NCBI RefSeq assembly: GCF_003324675.1
Contig: NZ_CP030918.1
Location: 450,001-482,000, forward strand
Source of the DNA: Paracoccus suum
GTDB taxonomy: Bacteria; Pseudomonadota; Alphaproteobacteria; Rhodobacterales; Rhodobacteraceae
Length of the DNA: 32,000 bases
Reading direction: 5' to 3'
The notes under the pieces were generated by a model. That model was not told the DNA's origin and did no database searches. It saw only the letters and a list, made by a program, of their open reading frames with translations. Below, piece after piece: positions 9,587 to 19,807 of this stretch (within the stretch, counting starts at the first letter, position 1; every line of letters begins with the position of its first letter). Both the position numbers and the translations under genes were made by a program.

Positions 9587-10288
9587 CAGCGCGCGCCGCA
9601 CACGGGCCGGGCCCCCCGGCACCAGAAAGAAGCTGAGACCGAAGCCGGCGACGAAGCCCGTCACTTCGGCGATCCAGCTGGTGCCGGCATTGCCGAAGAT
9701 CAGCCCGAACACCAACTGGAACGCCAGCAGCATGCCGATCAGGCTGAAGGCCCGCATACGGCTGCCGCCGGTCTGTCCCAGCCGCGTCCACAGCAGAAAG
9801 GTGAACGCGCCGACAAATCCGTAGACCGGCGGATAACCCCCGACCAGCGGGTTGAATCGCACCGGGATTAAGGCCGAAAAGGCGGTATAGACCAGCGCCG
9901 CGATCACCGCGCTGCCGAAGAACAGCCCCAGCAGGGCGCGCGCGCTGAACACCTCCGACAGCACCTTGCCGAGCGCCAGGATGAACACCGTGACGAAGGC
10001 CGCGTGGGTAAAGCCGTAATGGACAAACGGATAGGTCAGGACGCGATAGGCCTGGCCCCACAGCACCTCGCCGCGCTGCCAGAACACCAGCGCCATCTCG
10101 GGCGGATAGGCCGCCAGTTGCAACGCCTGCTGGCGCAGGCCGATGCCCTGCGCGCCACCGATCATGCCCGCCCCGCCAAGGGCGAAGACGATCTCGGACG
10201 CGATGATCGGCAGGGCCAGCGCCCAGACCACCACCGGCAGCGGATTGATCGGCGATTCTTCGAAACCGTGGCGCATGACGTCCCCCAT
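9575..10288 (-). CDS. rhomboid-family intramembrane serine protease
   Basis: C-terminal 237 aa of track ORF 9575..10954, starting at MGDVMRHGFEE. Multi-TM protein with YRVLTYPFVHYGFTHAAFV and GGYPPVYGFVGA (rhomboid-like H and GxSG-variant regions). The upstream part of the ORF is antisense to trpS. Confidence 0.75.
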   Translation of the reverse strand: MGDVMRHGFEESPINPLPVVVWALALPIIASEIVFALGGAGMIGGAQGIGLRQQALQLAAYPPEMALVFWQRGEVLWGQAYRVLTYPFVHYGFTHAAFVTVFILALGKVLSEVFSARALLGLFFGSAVIAALVYTAFSALIPVRFNPLVGGYPPVYGFVGAFTFLLWTRLGQTGGSRMRAFSLIGMLLAFQLVFGLIFGNAGTSWIAEVTGFVAGFGLSFFLVPGGPARVRRALRQR

Positions 10289-10357
10289 GCCGGGCGGTTG
10301 CGCCCCTGACCGGCCGGATGTATCCGACCCCGGTCCCCGAGACCAGCAGGTTCCCCG

Positions 10358-11431
10358 ATGACCGACGCCGCAAACGCAGACCCCAAGCCCGCAGACGCAT
10401 CCTCTGGCGGGGCCGCGACCAAGGCACCTACCCGCATCTTTTCGGGCATCCAGCCCTCGGGCGGGCTGACGCTGGGCAACTACCTCGGGGCGCTGAAACG
10501 CTTTGCGGCCTTCCAGGGTACCGGCCCGCAGACGATCTATTGTGTCGTGGACCTGCACGCGATCACCGTCTGGCAGGACCCCGCGCGCCTGACCCAGCAG
10601 ACCCGCGAGGCAGCGGCGGCGTTCCTGGCCGCTGGCGTCGATCCTGCGCGCTCGATCCTCTTCAACCAGAGCCAGGTTCCGGCGCATGCCGAATTGGCGT
10701 GGCTGTTCAACACCGTCGCGCGACTGGGCTGGATGTATCGCATGACCCAGTTCAAGGACAAATCCGGCAAGAACAGCGAGAATGTCAGCCTCGGGCTGCT
10801 GGCCTACCCCTCGCTGATGGCGGCCGACATCCTGGCCTATCACGCGGATGCCGTGCCGGTGGGCGACGACCAGAAGCAGCATCTTGAGCTGACGCGCGAC
10901 ATCGCGGCCAAGTTCAACCACGACTACGGCGTTGATTTCTTCCCCGAGGTGCAACCCCTGATCGAAGGGCCGGCCACGCGCGTGATGTCGTTGCGCGACG
11001 GCGCCAAAAAGATGTCCAAGTCCGACCCTTCGGACGCGAGCCGAATCAACCTGACCGACGATGCCGATGCCATCAGCCAGAAAATCCGCAAGGCGCGCAC
11101 CGATGCCGAGCCGCTGCCGGGCAGCATGGACGGGCTGAAGGACCGCCCCGAGGCCCGCAACCTGGTCAACATCTACGCGGCCCTCGCAGACGAGGGGCCG
11201 GATGCGGTGCTGGCCCGGTTCGAGGGTCAGGGCTTTGGCGCGTTCAAGCCTGCGCTCGCCGACCTCGCCGCGGCGACCCTGTCGCCGATCACCGCCCGGA
11301 TGAGCGAATACATGGCCGACCCGGCCGAGATCGACCGCATCCTGGGCGAAGGCGCGGACCGCGCTGATGCCTTGGCCCAGCCGATTCTGGCGCGAACCAA
11401 GGAAATCATGGGACTGATCCGCTCTCGCTGA
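10358..11431 (+). CDS. trpS: tryptophan--tRNA ligase
   Basis: 357 aa class I aaRS: [18 protein letters not shown] (HIGH-type region) and KMSKSD (KMSKS). Has an N-terminal extension of about 25 aa. Confidence 0.92.
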   Translation: MTDAANADPKPADASSGGAATKAPTRIFSGIQPSGGLTLGNYLGALKRFAAFQGTGPQTIYCVVDLHAITVWQDPARLTQQTREAAAAFLAAGVDPARSILFNQSQVPAHAELAWLFNTVARLGWMYRMTQFKDKSGKNSENVSLGLLAYPSLMAADILAYHADAVPVGDDQKQHLELTRDIAAKFNHDYGVDFFPEVQPLIEGPATRVMSLRDGAKKMSKSDPSDASRINLTDDADAISQKIRKARTDAEPLPGSMDGLKDRPEARNLVNIYAALADEGPDAVLARFEGQGFGAFKPALADLAAATLSPITARMSEYMADPAEIDRILGEGADRADALAQPILARTKEIMGLIRSR

Positions 11432-11470
11432 TAGCGCGCGACGCGGCGGCGGCCGGCAAGCGGCTGTGCC

Positions 11471-11692
11471 CTACCAGTGCGGCGGACGTTGATCCGCCAG
11501 CGGGATCGTCCCGCCGGCGTCCGCCTCGCGCTCGGCCTCGCGGTCCAGCAACAGCCCGACCCGGCGACGCAGCAGCGCCAGTTCCCCCTCCTGGCGGGCG
11601 ACGATTTCGGACAGATCATCTGCGGTGCGGGTGAGGTGGGCCAGAGCCTCCTCTAACCGTGCCATCCGGTCGGCGTCGCCGTTCTTGTTCAT
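11471..11692 (-). CDS. slyX: SlyX-family coiled-coil protein
   Basis: 73-aa C-terminal part of track ORF 11471..11869, starting at MNKNGDADRMARLEEALAHLTRTADDLSEIVARQEGELALLRRRV. Size and heptad pattern match SlyX. Confidence 0.7.
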   Translation of the reverse strand: MNKNGDADRMARLEEALAHLTRTADDLSEIVARQEGELALLRRRVGLLLDREAEREADAGGTIPLADQRPPHW

Positions 11693-11740
11693 GCGCGTCT
11701 CCTCCGCTAGACCCGCACACGATCTGACAGCGGGATTGCA

Positions 11741-13246
11741 ATGCACGACAGCCACAAGACCCGCCGCCCCAAGGCCGACGCGCCCAAGGGCTTTCGCGAC
11801 TATTTCGGCGCCGACGTGACCGAACGCAAGGCGATGCTGGACCGCATCGCCGAGGTTTACGATCGCCATGGCTTTGACGCGCTGGAAACCAGCGGGGTCG
11901 AGACGGTCGAGGCGCTGGGCAAGTTCCTACCCGACGTCGACCGCCCCAATGCCGGCGTCTTCGCCTGGCAGGAAGAGGCCGTGCCCGGCGGCGGCAGCGG
12001 CGACTGGCTGGCGCTGCGCTATGACCTGACCGCGCCGCTGGCGCGTGTCGCGGCGCAGTTCCGCAACGACCTGCCCAGCCCCTACCGCCGCTATGCCATG
12101 GGCCCGGTCTGGCGCAACGAAAAGCCGGGGCCAGGGCGTTTTCGTCAGTTCTATCAATGCGATGCCGACACGGTCGGCAGCGCCAGCCCGGCCGCCGACG
12201 CCGAGATTATCGCCATGCTCGCCGACGCGCTCGAGGCCGCCGGCATTCCGCGCGGCGACTATCTGGTGCGCGTCAACAGCCGCAAGGTACTGAATGGCGT
12301 GCTGGAGGCTGCGGGCGTTGCGGCGGACCAGTCCGACGCCGTCCTGCGCACCATCGACAAGTTCGACAAGGTCGGCGTGGACGGGGTCCGGGCGCTGCTG
12401 ACCGCCGGCCGCCGCGACGAGTCCGGCGCCGAGATCGAGGGCGTCGGCCTGTCGGATGTGGGCGCGGCGCCGATCCTGGCATTCCTGACCTCGCGCGGGG
12501 GGGACAACGCCGCGACGCTGGGGAACCTGCGCGCCGCCGTCGGCACCTCGGACGCCGGCGCCGAGGGCGTGGCCGAGCTGGCCCAAATCGCCGACATGCT
12601 CGCTGCGCTGGGGATGGGACCGGACCGGGTGGTCATCGACCCCTCGATCGTGCGTGGCCTTGGCTATTATACCGGCGCGGTGTTCGAGGCCGAACTGACG
12701 TTTGAGGTGCTGGACGAAAAGGGCCGCAAGCGCCAGTTCGGCAGCGTTGCCGGGGGCGGGCGCTATGACGGGTTGGTCGAGCGCTTTACCGGGCAAAAGG
12801 TCCCCGCGACCGGCGTCAGCATCGGCGTCGACCGCCTGCTGGCCGCGCTGCGGGCCAAGGGCCGCGTGGGCGGTCAGGCCGGCGCCGGGCCGGTCGTGGT
12901 GACGGTCATGGACCGGGACCGCATGGCTGACTACCTCGCCATGGCCGCCGAGTTGCACGCCGCCGGCATCCGCGCCGAAGCCTATCTGGGCAACCCGAAG
13001 AATTTTGGCAACCAGTTGAAATATGCCGACAAACGCGGCTCGCCCGTTGCCGTCATCCAGGGCGCCGACGAGGCCGCGCGGGGTGTCGTGCAGCTGAAGG
13101 ACCTCGCCCTCGGCGCGCGTCTGGCGGCCGAGGTCAGCCATGACGAATGGAAGGCCCAGCCCGCGCAGGTCGAGGCGCCCCGCGCCGATCTGGTTGCGGG
13201 CGTGCGCGCGATCCTCGCCCGCGAGGCGCAGCGGGCGCAGTCGTGA
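11741..13246 (+). CDS. hisS: histidine--tRNA ligase
   Basis: 501 aa class II aaRS: [40 protein letters not shown], and an anticodon-binding C-terminus. Confidence 0.92.
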   Translation: MHDSHKTRRPKADAPKGFRDYFGADVTERKAMLDRIAEVYDRHGFDALETSGVETVEALGKFLPDVDRPNAGVFAWQEEAVPGGGSGDWLALRYDLTAPLARVAAQFRNDLPSPYRRYAMGPVWRNEKPGPGRFRQFYQCDADTVGSASPAADAEIIAMLADALEAAGIPRGDYLVRVNSRKVLNGVLEAAGVAADQSDAVLRTIDKFDKVGVDGVRALLTAGRRDESGAEIEGVGLSDVGAAPILAFLTSRGGDNAATLGNLRAAVGTSDAGAEGVAELAQIADMLAALGMGPDRVVIDPSIVRGLGYYTGAVFEAELTFEVLDEKGRKRQFGSVAGGGRYDGLVERFTGQKVPATGVSIGVDRLLAALRAKGRVGGQAGAGPVVVTVMDRDRMADYLAMAAELHAAGIRAEAYLGNPKNFGNQLKYADKRGSPVAVIQGADEAARGVVQLKDLALGARLAAEVSHDEWKAQPAQVEAPRADLVAGVRAILAREAQRAQS

Positions 13247-14307
13247 CGCCCAAATCCGCCCGCGCCCGCACCGGCCAGCGCCTGCTGGCCGCATTCCGCG
13301 AGGCAGGCGCGGTCGAGGTTGCGCCCGACGTCTTGCTGCCGGCGGAAACCCTGCTGGAGCTTTACGGAGAGGACATCCGCGCCCGCGCCTATGTCACCGA
13401 CGACCCGATCCGCGGCGAGGTGATGCTGCGCCCCGATTTCACCGTCCCGGTGGTGCAGATGCACATGGCCGGCGGGGCCGAGCCGGCCCGCTATTGCTAT
13501 CTGGGCGAGGTGTTCCGCAAGCAGGACCACGGCGACACCCGCCCCGAAAAGCCGCGCGACAACGAATACCTGCAGGTCGGCTATGAGGCCTTTTCGCGCG
13601 ATACCGCCCGCGCGGATGCGGAAGTGTTCGCCCTGTTCCACCGCCTGCTGGCGCCGTTCGGCCTGACCGCGACGCTGGGCGACATGGCCCTGATCGACGC
13701 GGCAATCGCAGCCCTCCCCTTGTCGGAGCCGCGCCGCGCCGCGCTGGCGCATCACATCTGGCGGCCCGGCCGGTTCGATCGCCTGCTGGTCCGGTTTTCC
13801 CTCCCCGGAACCACCCGCAACCTCGCCCCCGCAGGCAAGACTCCCTGGACCGGGCTGCGCACCCAGGCCGAGATGGCTGCCCGGATCGCCCGCATGGACG
13901 ACGACGCGGGCCAGCCGCCCCTGTCGCCTGCCGCGGTCGACCGTCTGCACGCGCTGCTGGCCGTTGCCTGCCCGGCGGACCGCGCCGTGGCCGAGCTGCA
14001 GGCCCTCGGCCAGCCGGCGCTGGCGCCGGCCATCGACCGGCTCGCCGAGCGGCTGGCCCATCTGGCGCGGGCCGGCATCGCGCCGGGCAGCCTGCGGTTC
14101 GACGCCAGCCACGGGCGCGGCACGATGGAATATTACGACGGCATGACCTTTACCTTCATCGCCCCTGCGCGGCCGGACTGGCCACCGGTCGCCTCGGGCG
14201 GCCGCTACGACCGCCTGACTGCCGAACTCGGTCGCGGCGCCGCCATTCCGGCGGTCGGCGGCATCATCCGCCCCGGCCTTGTCGCCGAGATGGAGGGCGC
14301 ATGCTGA
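13243..14307 (+). CDS. hisZ: ATP phosphoribosyltransferase regulatory subunit (HisRS paralogue)
   Basis: In frame within track ORF 13147..14307. A GTG at 13243 overlaps the hisS stop (GTGA). HisRS-like catalytic-core remnants ([21 protein letters not shown]). Followed by a short-form hisG. Confidence 0.85.
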   Translation: MTPKSARARTGQRLLAAFREAGAVEVAPDVLLPAETLLELYGEDIRARAYVTDDPIRGEVMLRPDFTVPVVQMHMAGGAEPARYCYLGEVFRKQDHGDTRPEKPRDNEYLQVGYEAFSRDTARADAEVFALFHRLLAPFGLTATLGDMALIDAAIAALPLSEPRRAALAHHIWRPGRFDRLLVRFSLPGTTRNLAPAGKTPWTGLRTQAEMAARIARMDDDAGQPPLSPAAVDRLHALLAVACPADRAVAELQALGQPALAPAIDRLAERLAHLARAGIAPGSLRFDASHGRGTMEYYDGMTFTFIAPARPDWPPVASGGRYDRLTAELGRGAAIPAVGGIIRPGLVAEMEGAC

Positions 14308-14975
14308 GGCTCGGCGTGCCCTCCAAGGGCCGGTTGATGGAGGATACCTTCGCCTGGTTCGCGCGGCGCGGCATCACGCTGGGCCGGGCCGGCGGAACGC
14401 GCGAATACGCGGGCCGGGTCGAGGGGGCCGATGGCCTGACGCTGGTGCTGCTGAGCGCGGCCGAGGTCCCCCGCGAGTTGGCGGCCGGGCGGATCGACCT
14501 CGGCGTTACCGGCAGCGACTTGCTGCGCGAGACCATGGCAGGCTGGCGCAGCGACGTGACCGAGGTGACCCCCCTGGGCTTTGGCCATGCCGACCTGATC
14601 CTCGCCGTGCCGGCCTGCTGGCGCGATGTCGAGCATCTGGACGACTTCGCGGACGTGACCCGCGATTTTCGCGCGACCCACGGCCGCCGCCTGCGGATCG
14701 CAACCAAGTATCACCGTCTGGTGCGCGCCTTCCTCGCGGCCGAGGGGGTCGCCGATTATCAACTGGTGGACAGCAAGGGCGCGACGGAGGGGACCGTTGC
14801 GAACGGCACGGCCGAGGCGATCGCCGATATCACCAGCTCGGGCGAGACGCTGCGCGCCAACCACCTCAAGGTGCTGCCGGATGCGCTGATCCATGCGAGC
14901 CAGGCGACTCTGTTCGCCAACCGTGCTCGGTTGTCCGATCCCAAGCTGGGCGCGTTGGTGGAACGGCTGGCCTAA
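14301..14975 (+). CDS. hisG: ATP phosphoribosyltransferase, short form
   Basis: 224 aa, [17 protein letters not shown]..., lacking the C-terminal regulatory domain. This is consistent with dependence on HisZ. Overlaps the hisZ end by 7 nt. Confidence 0.92.
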   Translation: MLRLGVPSKGRLMEDTFAWFARRGITLGRAGGTREYAGRVEGADGLTLVLLSAAEVPRELAAGRIDLGVTGSDLLRETMAGWRSDVTEVTPLGFGHADLILAVPACWRDVEHLDDFADVTRDFRATHGRRLRIATKYHRLVRAFLAAEGVADYQLVDSKGATEGTVANGTAEAIADITSSGETLRANHLKVLPDALIHASQATLFANRARLSDPKLGALVERLA

Positions 14976-15017
14976 GGCGAGGCCGCTCCACTGGAGTGAT
15001 CGCTGCCGCGGGGGGTC

Positions 15018-15425
15018 TCAGGCAGGGGCGCCAGCGGTACTTTCGCCCTCGTCCCCGGCTCCTTCATCGGCCAGCGCATCCTCGGCCCGCAAGGCAATCG
15101 CCTCGGCCCGCGCGGCCAGTTCAGCCAGCGCCTCGCCGATCTGCTGCGGGATCACCGGCACCTCGACCTGCAGCGGATTTGTCTTCAACCGCGTCAACTC
15201 GCGCTCGGTGGCGGCCATGCGATCCTCCAGCCCGGCCATGCGGTCGGACAGCATCAGGCCGGCCAGCAACAGCAGCCGCGCCTCGGGCATGCGGCCCGCC
15301 TGCTCGACGATCTGGGCGGCTTCGGCGTCCAGCAACTGCGCGGCGCGGCGCAGCGCGCGCTCCTCGCCGGCCTGACAGGCGAGGGTATAGTCCTTGTGAC
15401 CGATCTGAAATTCGACCGTGGCCAT
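15018..15425 (-). CDS. zapA: cell division protein ZapA
   Basis: 135-aa C-terminal part of track ORF 15018..15536, starting at MATVEFQIGHKDYTLACQAGEERALRRAAQLLD. ZapA N-domain followed by a coiled coil. Confidence 0.85.
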   Translation of the reverse strand: MATVEFQIGHKDYTLACQAGEERALRRAAQLLDAEAAQIVEQAGRMPEARLLLLAGLMLSDRMAGLEDRMAATERELTRLKTNPLQVEVPVIPQQIGEALAELAARAEAIALRAEDALADEGAGDEGESTAGAPA

Positions 15426-15426
15426 G

Positions 15427-15792
15427 TCAGCGGCCCTCCGCTTCGCTGAAAACCGAATCCAGGGCAGCCCCGGACGGATCGTCCGACAGGCTCGCGGCAG
15501 GCGCGGGCAGATCGTCGTCGCGGGCGCCGGCGTCATCCGCCAGCAGCCCCTCGATGGTGGTCAGCATTGCCTCCATCTGGGCGACATCGGCGGCGCGCTG
15601 CACGCGCAGGTCCGCCAATTCCGCCGTCAGCCGCGCCATCGCCGCCTGCGCCGCAGCCAGCGCCCCGTCGTCGGGGGGCGCGGGAACTGCAGCCGTCAGA
15701 TCGGCGCGCCGGGCAGTGCCGGCGTCGATGCTGCGGTCAATCCGATCAAGCGCCGCGATCAGGCGCTGCTCGCTGGCGGCAATATCGCTCAT
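15427..15792 (-). CDS. DUF4164-like coiled-coil protein, upstream partner of zapA
   Basis: Track ORF 15427..15816. ATG at 15792 is preceded by GAAGGAG 8 nt upstream. Ala/Leu/Asp-rich coiled coil. Its stop lies 1 nt from the zapA start. Confidence 0.65.
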   Translation of the reverse strand: MSDIAASEQRLIAALDRIDRSIDAGTARRADLTAAVPAPPDDGALAAAQAAMARLTAELADLRVQRAADVAQMEAMLTTIEGLLADDAGARDDDLPAPAASLSDDPSGAALDSVFSEAEGR

Positions 15793-15924
15793 CGTGTCGG
15801 CTCCTTCGGAGGTCACCTTGTTGTCGCACCCGCGTCACCGGGTGACAAGAACCTGACGCACACGCTGGCCACGCCGGCAAGGTCGCGCTAGGTGAAGCGC
15901 GCCCAGCAGCGGTGGAGGATTGCA

Positions 15925-16512
15925 ATGCGCGAGGCCACGATCAGCCGCCAGACGGCCGAGACCCAGATCGAGGTCACGGTCCGCCTCGACGGCAGCGGCA
16001 GCTATGACAACCGCACGGGCGTCGGGTTTTTCGACCATATGCTGGACCAGTTGGCGCGTCATTCGCTGATCGACCTGACGGTCCGCGCCACCGGCGATCT
16101 GCACATCGACGATCACCATACGGTCGAGGATACCGGCATCGCCATCGGCCAGGCGCTGGCGCAGGCGCTGGGCGACAAGCGCGGCATCCGCCGTTACGGC
16201 AGCTTTCACCTGGCCATGGACGACGCGCTGATTCGCGCCGCGCTCGACCTGTCAGGCCGGCCATTCCTGGTCTGGGACGTGCCCTTCCCCACCGCGAAGA
16301 TCGGAAATTTCGATACCGAGCTGGTGCGCGAGTTCTTTCAGGCCCTCTCGACCCATGCCGGGATGACCCTGAACGTCGCCCGGCTGACCGGGCTGAACAG
16401 CCACCACATTGCCGAGGCCGCCTTCAAGGCCGTCGCCCGCGCCCTGCGCGAGGCGGTCGAACCTGACCCGCGGATGGCCGGCGTTCTGCCCTCGACCAAG
16501 GGGGCGCTTTGA
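15925..16512 (+). CDS. hisB: imidazoleglycerol-phosphate dehydratase
   Basis: Within track ORF 15892..16512. Start at [17 protein letters not shown] is preceded by GGAGGA. Contains [16 protein letters not shown] and [12 protein letters not shown] motifs. Confidence 0.92.
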   Translation: MREATISRQTAETQIEVTVRLDGSGSYDNRTGVGFFDHMLDQLARHSLIDLTVRATGDLHIDDHHTVEDTGIAIGQALAQALGDKRGIRRYGSFHLAMDDALIRAALDLSGRPFLVWDVPFPTAKIGNFDTELVREFFQALSTHAGMTLNVARLTGLNSHHIAEAAFKAVARALREAVEPDPRMAGVLPSTKGAL

Positions 16513-17141
16513 TGCGTCTGGCGCTGGTCGATTACGACAGCGGCAACCTGCATTCGGCGGCCAAGGCGTTCCAGCGGATGGCGGGCCCGGGCGATCAGGT
16601 CATCGTCACCGCCGACCCGGCCGAGGTGGCGGGCGCCGACCGTATCGTGCTGCCCGGCGACGGCGCCTTTCCGGCTTGCCGCGCGGCACTGGACGCCGCG
16701 CCCGGCATGGCGGAGGCGTTGGCCGATGCCGTCCTGACGCGCGGCGTGCCGTTCATGGGCATCTGCGTCGGCATGCAGCTGTTGGCCAGCACCGGGCACG
16801 AGTACCGGACGACCCCGGGCCTCGGCTGGGTGCCGGGCGAGGTGGTGCGGATCGAACCCGGCCCCGGCCTCAAGGTGCCGCACATGGGCTGGAACGCGTT
16901 GCAGGTCGGCCGGCCGCACCCAGTCCTCGCCGGCATCCGCGCGGGCGATCACGCCTATTTCGTCCATTCCTGGCGCTTTGCCGTCGCCAGCAGCGCGCAT
17001 CTGTTCGCCGAGGTTGACCACGGCGGCCCGGTCGCCGCCGTCGTCGGCCGGGACAATATCGTCGGCCTGCAGTTCCACCCCGAGAAATCGCAGGCGACCG
17101 GGCTGCGCATGATCGAGAACTTCCTGCGTTGGAAGCCCTAG
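16512..17141 (+). CDS. hisH: imidazole glycerol phosphate synthase, glutamine amidotransferase subunit
   Basis: Track ORF 16509..17141 (TTG, then ATG at 16512). Contains VDYDSGNLHS, GICVGMQLL (catalytic Cys) and FHPEKS. Confidence 0.9.
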   Translation: MRLALVDYDSGNLHSAAKAFQRMAGPGDQVIVTADPAEVAGADRIVLPGDGAFPACRAALDAAPGMAEALADAVLTRGVPFMGICVGMQLLASTGHEYRTTPGLGWVPGEVVRIEPGPGLKVPHMGWNALQVGRPHPVLAGIRAGDHAYFVHSWRFAVASSAHLFAEVDHGGPVAAVVGRDNIVGLQFHPEKSQATGLRMIENFLRWKP

Positions 17142-17157
17142 GATGTGGGTCGAGGTC

Positions 17158-17182
17158 CCAGCGTGACGATCAGTCACGCTGG
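17158..17182. terminator. perfect 10-bp-stem hairpin between convergent hisH and the DUF2147 gene (possible bidirectional terminator)
   Basis: CCAGCGTGAC-gatca-GTCACGCTGG, starting 17 nt after the hisH stop. There is no U-tract on either side, so intrinsic-terminator function is uncertain. Confidence 0.4.
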
Positions 17183-17271
17183 ATCGGTGACCCGCAGCAG
17201 TGCCTGACTTCGCCAGTCGATGCATTCAGGGCCGACATGACCGGCAACGGCCACGCCAGCCCGGGCCGCGC

Positions 17272-17664
17272 TTACTGCACCTTGGTCCAGGTCTGCGTCT
17301 TGCAGAACACCGCGATGCAGCCCGACACGTTCAAGGTCTTGCCGCTGAGCGTCATCTTGGACTTGTAGGTCTTGTCGGCGCCCGGGTCCCAGATCGTGCC
17401 GCCGCTGAAGCTGCCGCCGCCGTTGTCGACCATGTTCGCCACGATGTTGCGGCCGTGGCTGGCCGAAGCGAACTCCTTGCCGTCCTTGTGGAACGACTTG
17501 ATCAGCTTGCCGCAATATTTGTCGCCGCACTTGGCGAACTGCACCATGCCGACGTCGCCCTGGTCATTGGCCTGGGTCTGGAAAATCCCGTTGATCCCCT
17601 CGGCTTGCGCTGCCGTGCTGCCAAGGACGGCCAGCGCCGCCGCCGCCAGAAAAGTCCGCATCAT
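17272..17664 (-). CDS. secreted DUF2147-domain protein
   Basis: Track ORF 17272..17676. GGAGGA lies just upstream of the MMRTF Met pair. Signal peptide MRTFLAAAALAVLGSTAAQA|E. Contains CGDKYCGKL...GGTIWDPGADKTYKSKM typical of DUF2147. Confidence 0.8.
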   Translation of the reverse strand: MMRTFLAAAALAVLGSTAAQAEGINGIFQTQANDQGDVGMVQFAKCGDKYCGKLIKSFHKDGKEFASASHGRNIVANMVDNGGGSFSGGTIWDPGADKTYKSKMTLSGKTLNVSGCIAVFCKTQTWTKVQ

Positions 17665-17840
17665 GATCCTCCCCATCGCTGCGATCCCTGTCGCGAAATT
17701 GCGCGGGCGCCGGGCCGCCGATCAAGAATGACGTGGGGTTCCGCGCCTGATCGCGACGCGCCGCCGGCTCGGGCCGGTGCATCTTTCCGGCGGCGGCAGA
17801 CTGTGGCAGGGCGTCCGGGCAACAAACACGGGACCGCGCC

Positions 17841-18557
17841 ATGATCCTCTACCCCGCGATTGACCTGAAGGATGGCGCCTGCGTGCGTCTGCTGCGCGGC
17901 GACATGGCGGCGGCGACCGTGTTCGGCACCGACCCCGCGGCGCAGGCAAAGGCCTTTGCGGATGCCGGCGCGCAGTGGCTGCATCTGGTCGATCTGAACG
18001 GCGCCTTTGCCGGCCAACCGGTGAACGCCGACGCGGTCGAGGCAATCCTGCGCGCCGTGAAGGTCCCCGTGCAGCTGGGCGGGGGCATCCGCGACCGCGC
18101 GGGAATCGAGGACTGGCTGGCCAAGGGCATCGCGCGCGTGATCCTGGGAACCGTGGCGGTCGAGAACCCGGCGCTCGTCCGCGAGGCGGCGGACGCCCAT
18201 CCCGGCCGGATCGCCGTGGGCATCGACGCCCGTCGCGGACGCGTCGCCACCCGCGGCTGGGCCGAGGAAACGCAGGTCGAGGTGACCGACCTCGCCCGCC
18301 GGTTCGAGGACGCAGGCGTGGCCGCCATCATCTACACCGACATCGACCGCGACGGCGCCATGGGCGGGCCCAACATTGAGGCGACCGAGGCCCTTGCGCG
18401 CGCCGTCACAATTCCGGTCATCGCCTCGGGCGGGGTGTCGCGCCTGGCCGATCTGACCGCCCTGCGCGACACCGGTGTCATCGCCGGGGCAATCAGCGGC
18501 CGCGCCCTTTATGACGGGGCGTTGGACCTTGGCGAGGCGCTTGCGGCGCTCCGCTGA
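17841..18557 (+). CDS. hisA: 1-(5-phosphoribosyl)-5-[(5-phosphoribosylamino)methylideneamino]imidazole-4-carboxamide isomerase
   Basis: 238 aa with [26 protein letters not shown] and IASGGVS motifs. Confidence 0.92.
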   Translation: MILYPAIDLKDGACVRLLRGDMAAATVFGTDPAAQAKAFADAGAQWLHLVDLNGAFAGQPVNADAVEAILRAVKVPVQLGGGIRDRAGIEDWLAKGIARVILGTVAVENPALVREAADAHPGRIAVGIDARRGRVATRGWAEETQVEVTDLARRFEDAGVAAIIYTDIDRDGAMGGPNIEATEALARAVTIPVIASGGVSRLADLTALRDTGVIAGAISGRALYDGALDLGEALAALR

Positions 18558-18644
18558 GCCGCTTGTCCGGGGCCGCTTTCGCGCACCTGCCGCTGGCCTC
18601 CGGCGGCCGGCGCGGCTAGAGGTTTCCCACTTCCAAGGGGGCGC

Positions 18645-19406
18645 ATGATGCTCAAGACCCGCCTGATCCCCTGTCTCGACGTGGCCGATGGCCGCGTGGT
18701 CAAGGGCGTGAACTTTGTGGATCTGGTCGACGCTGGCGATCCGGTCGCGGCGGCCGCGGCCTATGACACCGCCGGCGCGGACGAGCTGTGTTTTCTCGAC
18801 ATCCACGCCACCCACGAAAATCGCGGCACCATGTTCGATCTGGTGACCCGCACAGCCGAGCAGTGCTTTATTCCGCTGACCGTCGGCGGCGGCGTGCGCA
18901 GCCCGGCGGATGTCCGGGCGCTGCTGCTGGCGGGGGCCGACAAGGTCTCGTTCAACTCGGCCGCCGTCGCCAACCCCGACGTGATCGCCGCTGCCGCCGA
19001 TGCCTTTGGCAGCCAGTGCATCGTCGTTGCGATCGACGCCAAGACCGTCGCGCCCGGACGCTGGGAAATCTTTACACATGGCGGCCGCCAGCCGACTGGC
19101 ATCGACGCCGTCGCTTTTGCACGGACGGTCGCCGAAAAGGGCGCGGGGGAAATACTGTTGACCAGCATGGACCGCGACGGCACGCGCGCCGGCTTCAACA
19201 TCCCGTTGACGCGCGCCATCGCCGATGCCGTGCCGATCCCGGTGATCGCCTCGGGCGGCGTCGGGACGCTCGACCATCTGGTCGAAGGGGTCGTGGAAGG
19301 CCATGCCTCGGCGGTGCTGGCGGCCTCGATCTTTCATTTCGGCACCTTCACCATCGCCGAAGCAAAGGCGCATATGGCCGTTGCAGGCATCCCGGTGCGC
19401 CAATGA
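18645..19406 (+). CDS. hisF: imidazole glycerol phosphate synthase, cyclase subunit
   Basis: 253 aa with [28 protein letters not shown] and IASGGVG motifs. Confidence 0.92.
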   Translation: MMLKTRLIPCLDVADGRVVKGVNFVDLVDAGDPVAAAAAYDTAGADELCFLDIHATHENRGTMFDLVTRTAEQCFIPLTVGGGVRSPADVRALLLAGADKVSFNSAAVANPDVIAAAADAFGSQCIVVAIDAKTVAPGRWEIFTHGGRQPTGIDAVAFARTVAEKGAGEILLTSMDRDGTRAGFNIPLTRAIADAVPIPVIASGGVGTLDHLVEGVVEGHASAVLAASIFHFGTFTIAEAKAHMAVAGIPVRQ

Positions 19407-19720
19407 GCGGGGCCACCCCCCTGGCGCGGCTGGCCGCGACCATCGCCGCCCGCAAGGACGCCGACCCGCAGGCCAGTTGGACCGCGCAACTGCTGTCGCG
19501 CGGCCCCGAGAAATGCGCCGAGAAATTCGGCGAGGAAGCGGTCGAGGCGATCATCGAGGCGGTCAAGGGCGATCGCGCCCGGCTGACCGCCGAGGCGGCC
19601 GATGTCCTCTATCACCTGCTGGTCATGCTGGCCGCGCGCGATCTGACCCTCGCGGACGTCGAGGCCGAGCTGGCGCGGCGCGAAACGACCTCGGGTCTTG
19701 CCGAGAAAGCAGCACGTTGA
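19403..19720 (+). CDS. hisE: phosphoribosyl-ATP pyrophosphatase
   Basis: 105-aa tail of track ORF 18788..19720, starting at [31 protein letters not shown]. Contains [13 protein letters not shown]...[15 protein letters not shown] overlap with the hisF stop. Confidence 0.88.
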   Translation: MSGATPLARLAATIAARKDADPQASWTAQLLSRGPEKCAEKFGEEAVEAIIEAVKGDRARLTAEAADVLYHLLVMLAARDLTLADVEAELARRETTSGLAEKAAR

Positions 19721-19762
19721 CGCCGCTTTCCCTCATGGCAGATTCCGGACTATAAAGCGGCG
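19721..19762 (+). other. inverted repeat CGCCGCTTT / AAAGCGGCG (9-bp stem, 24-nt loop) immediately after the hisE stop
   Basis: Read directly. The loop and 3' arm contain TATAAA (about 19751-56), a possible -10 element for accB. Confidence 0.3.
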
Positions 19763-19807
19763 CAACGGGCCGCCCCGAATGCGGCTTGCCACAAGGGCAG
19801 AGGGCAT

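Noticed and set aside
14976-15017. 6S RNA (ssrS), which lies next to zapA in enterobacteria
   Set aside because: Only 42 nt separate the hisG and zapA ends, far too short for an RNA of about 160-180 nt, and no 6S-like structure is visible.
17677-17840. Overlapping alternative GC hairpins upstream of hisA (CGCCGCCGG...CCGGCGGCG, CCGGC-tcgg-GCCGG), considered as a his attenuator
   Set aside because: There is no leader peptide with a His-codon run and no U-tract. Such GC stems arise easily by chance in DNA of about 67% GC.
17661-19403. 580-aa minus-strand ORF
   Set aside because: It is antisense to hisA and hisF and has a shadow-ORF composition.
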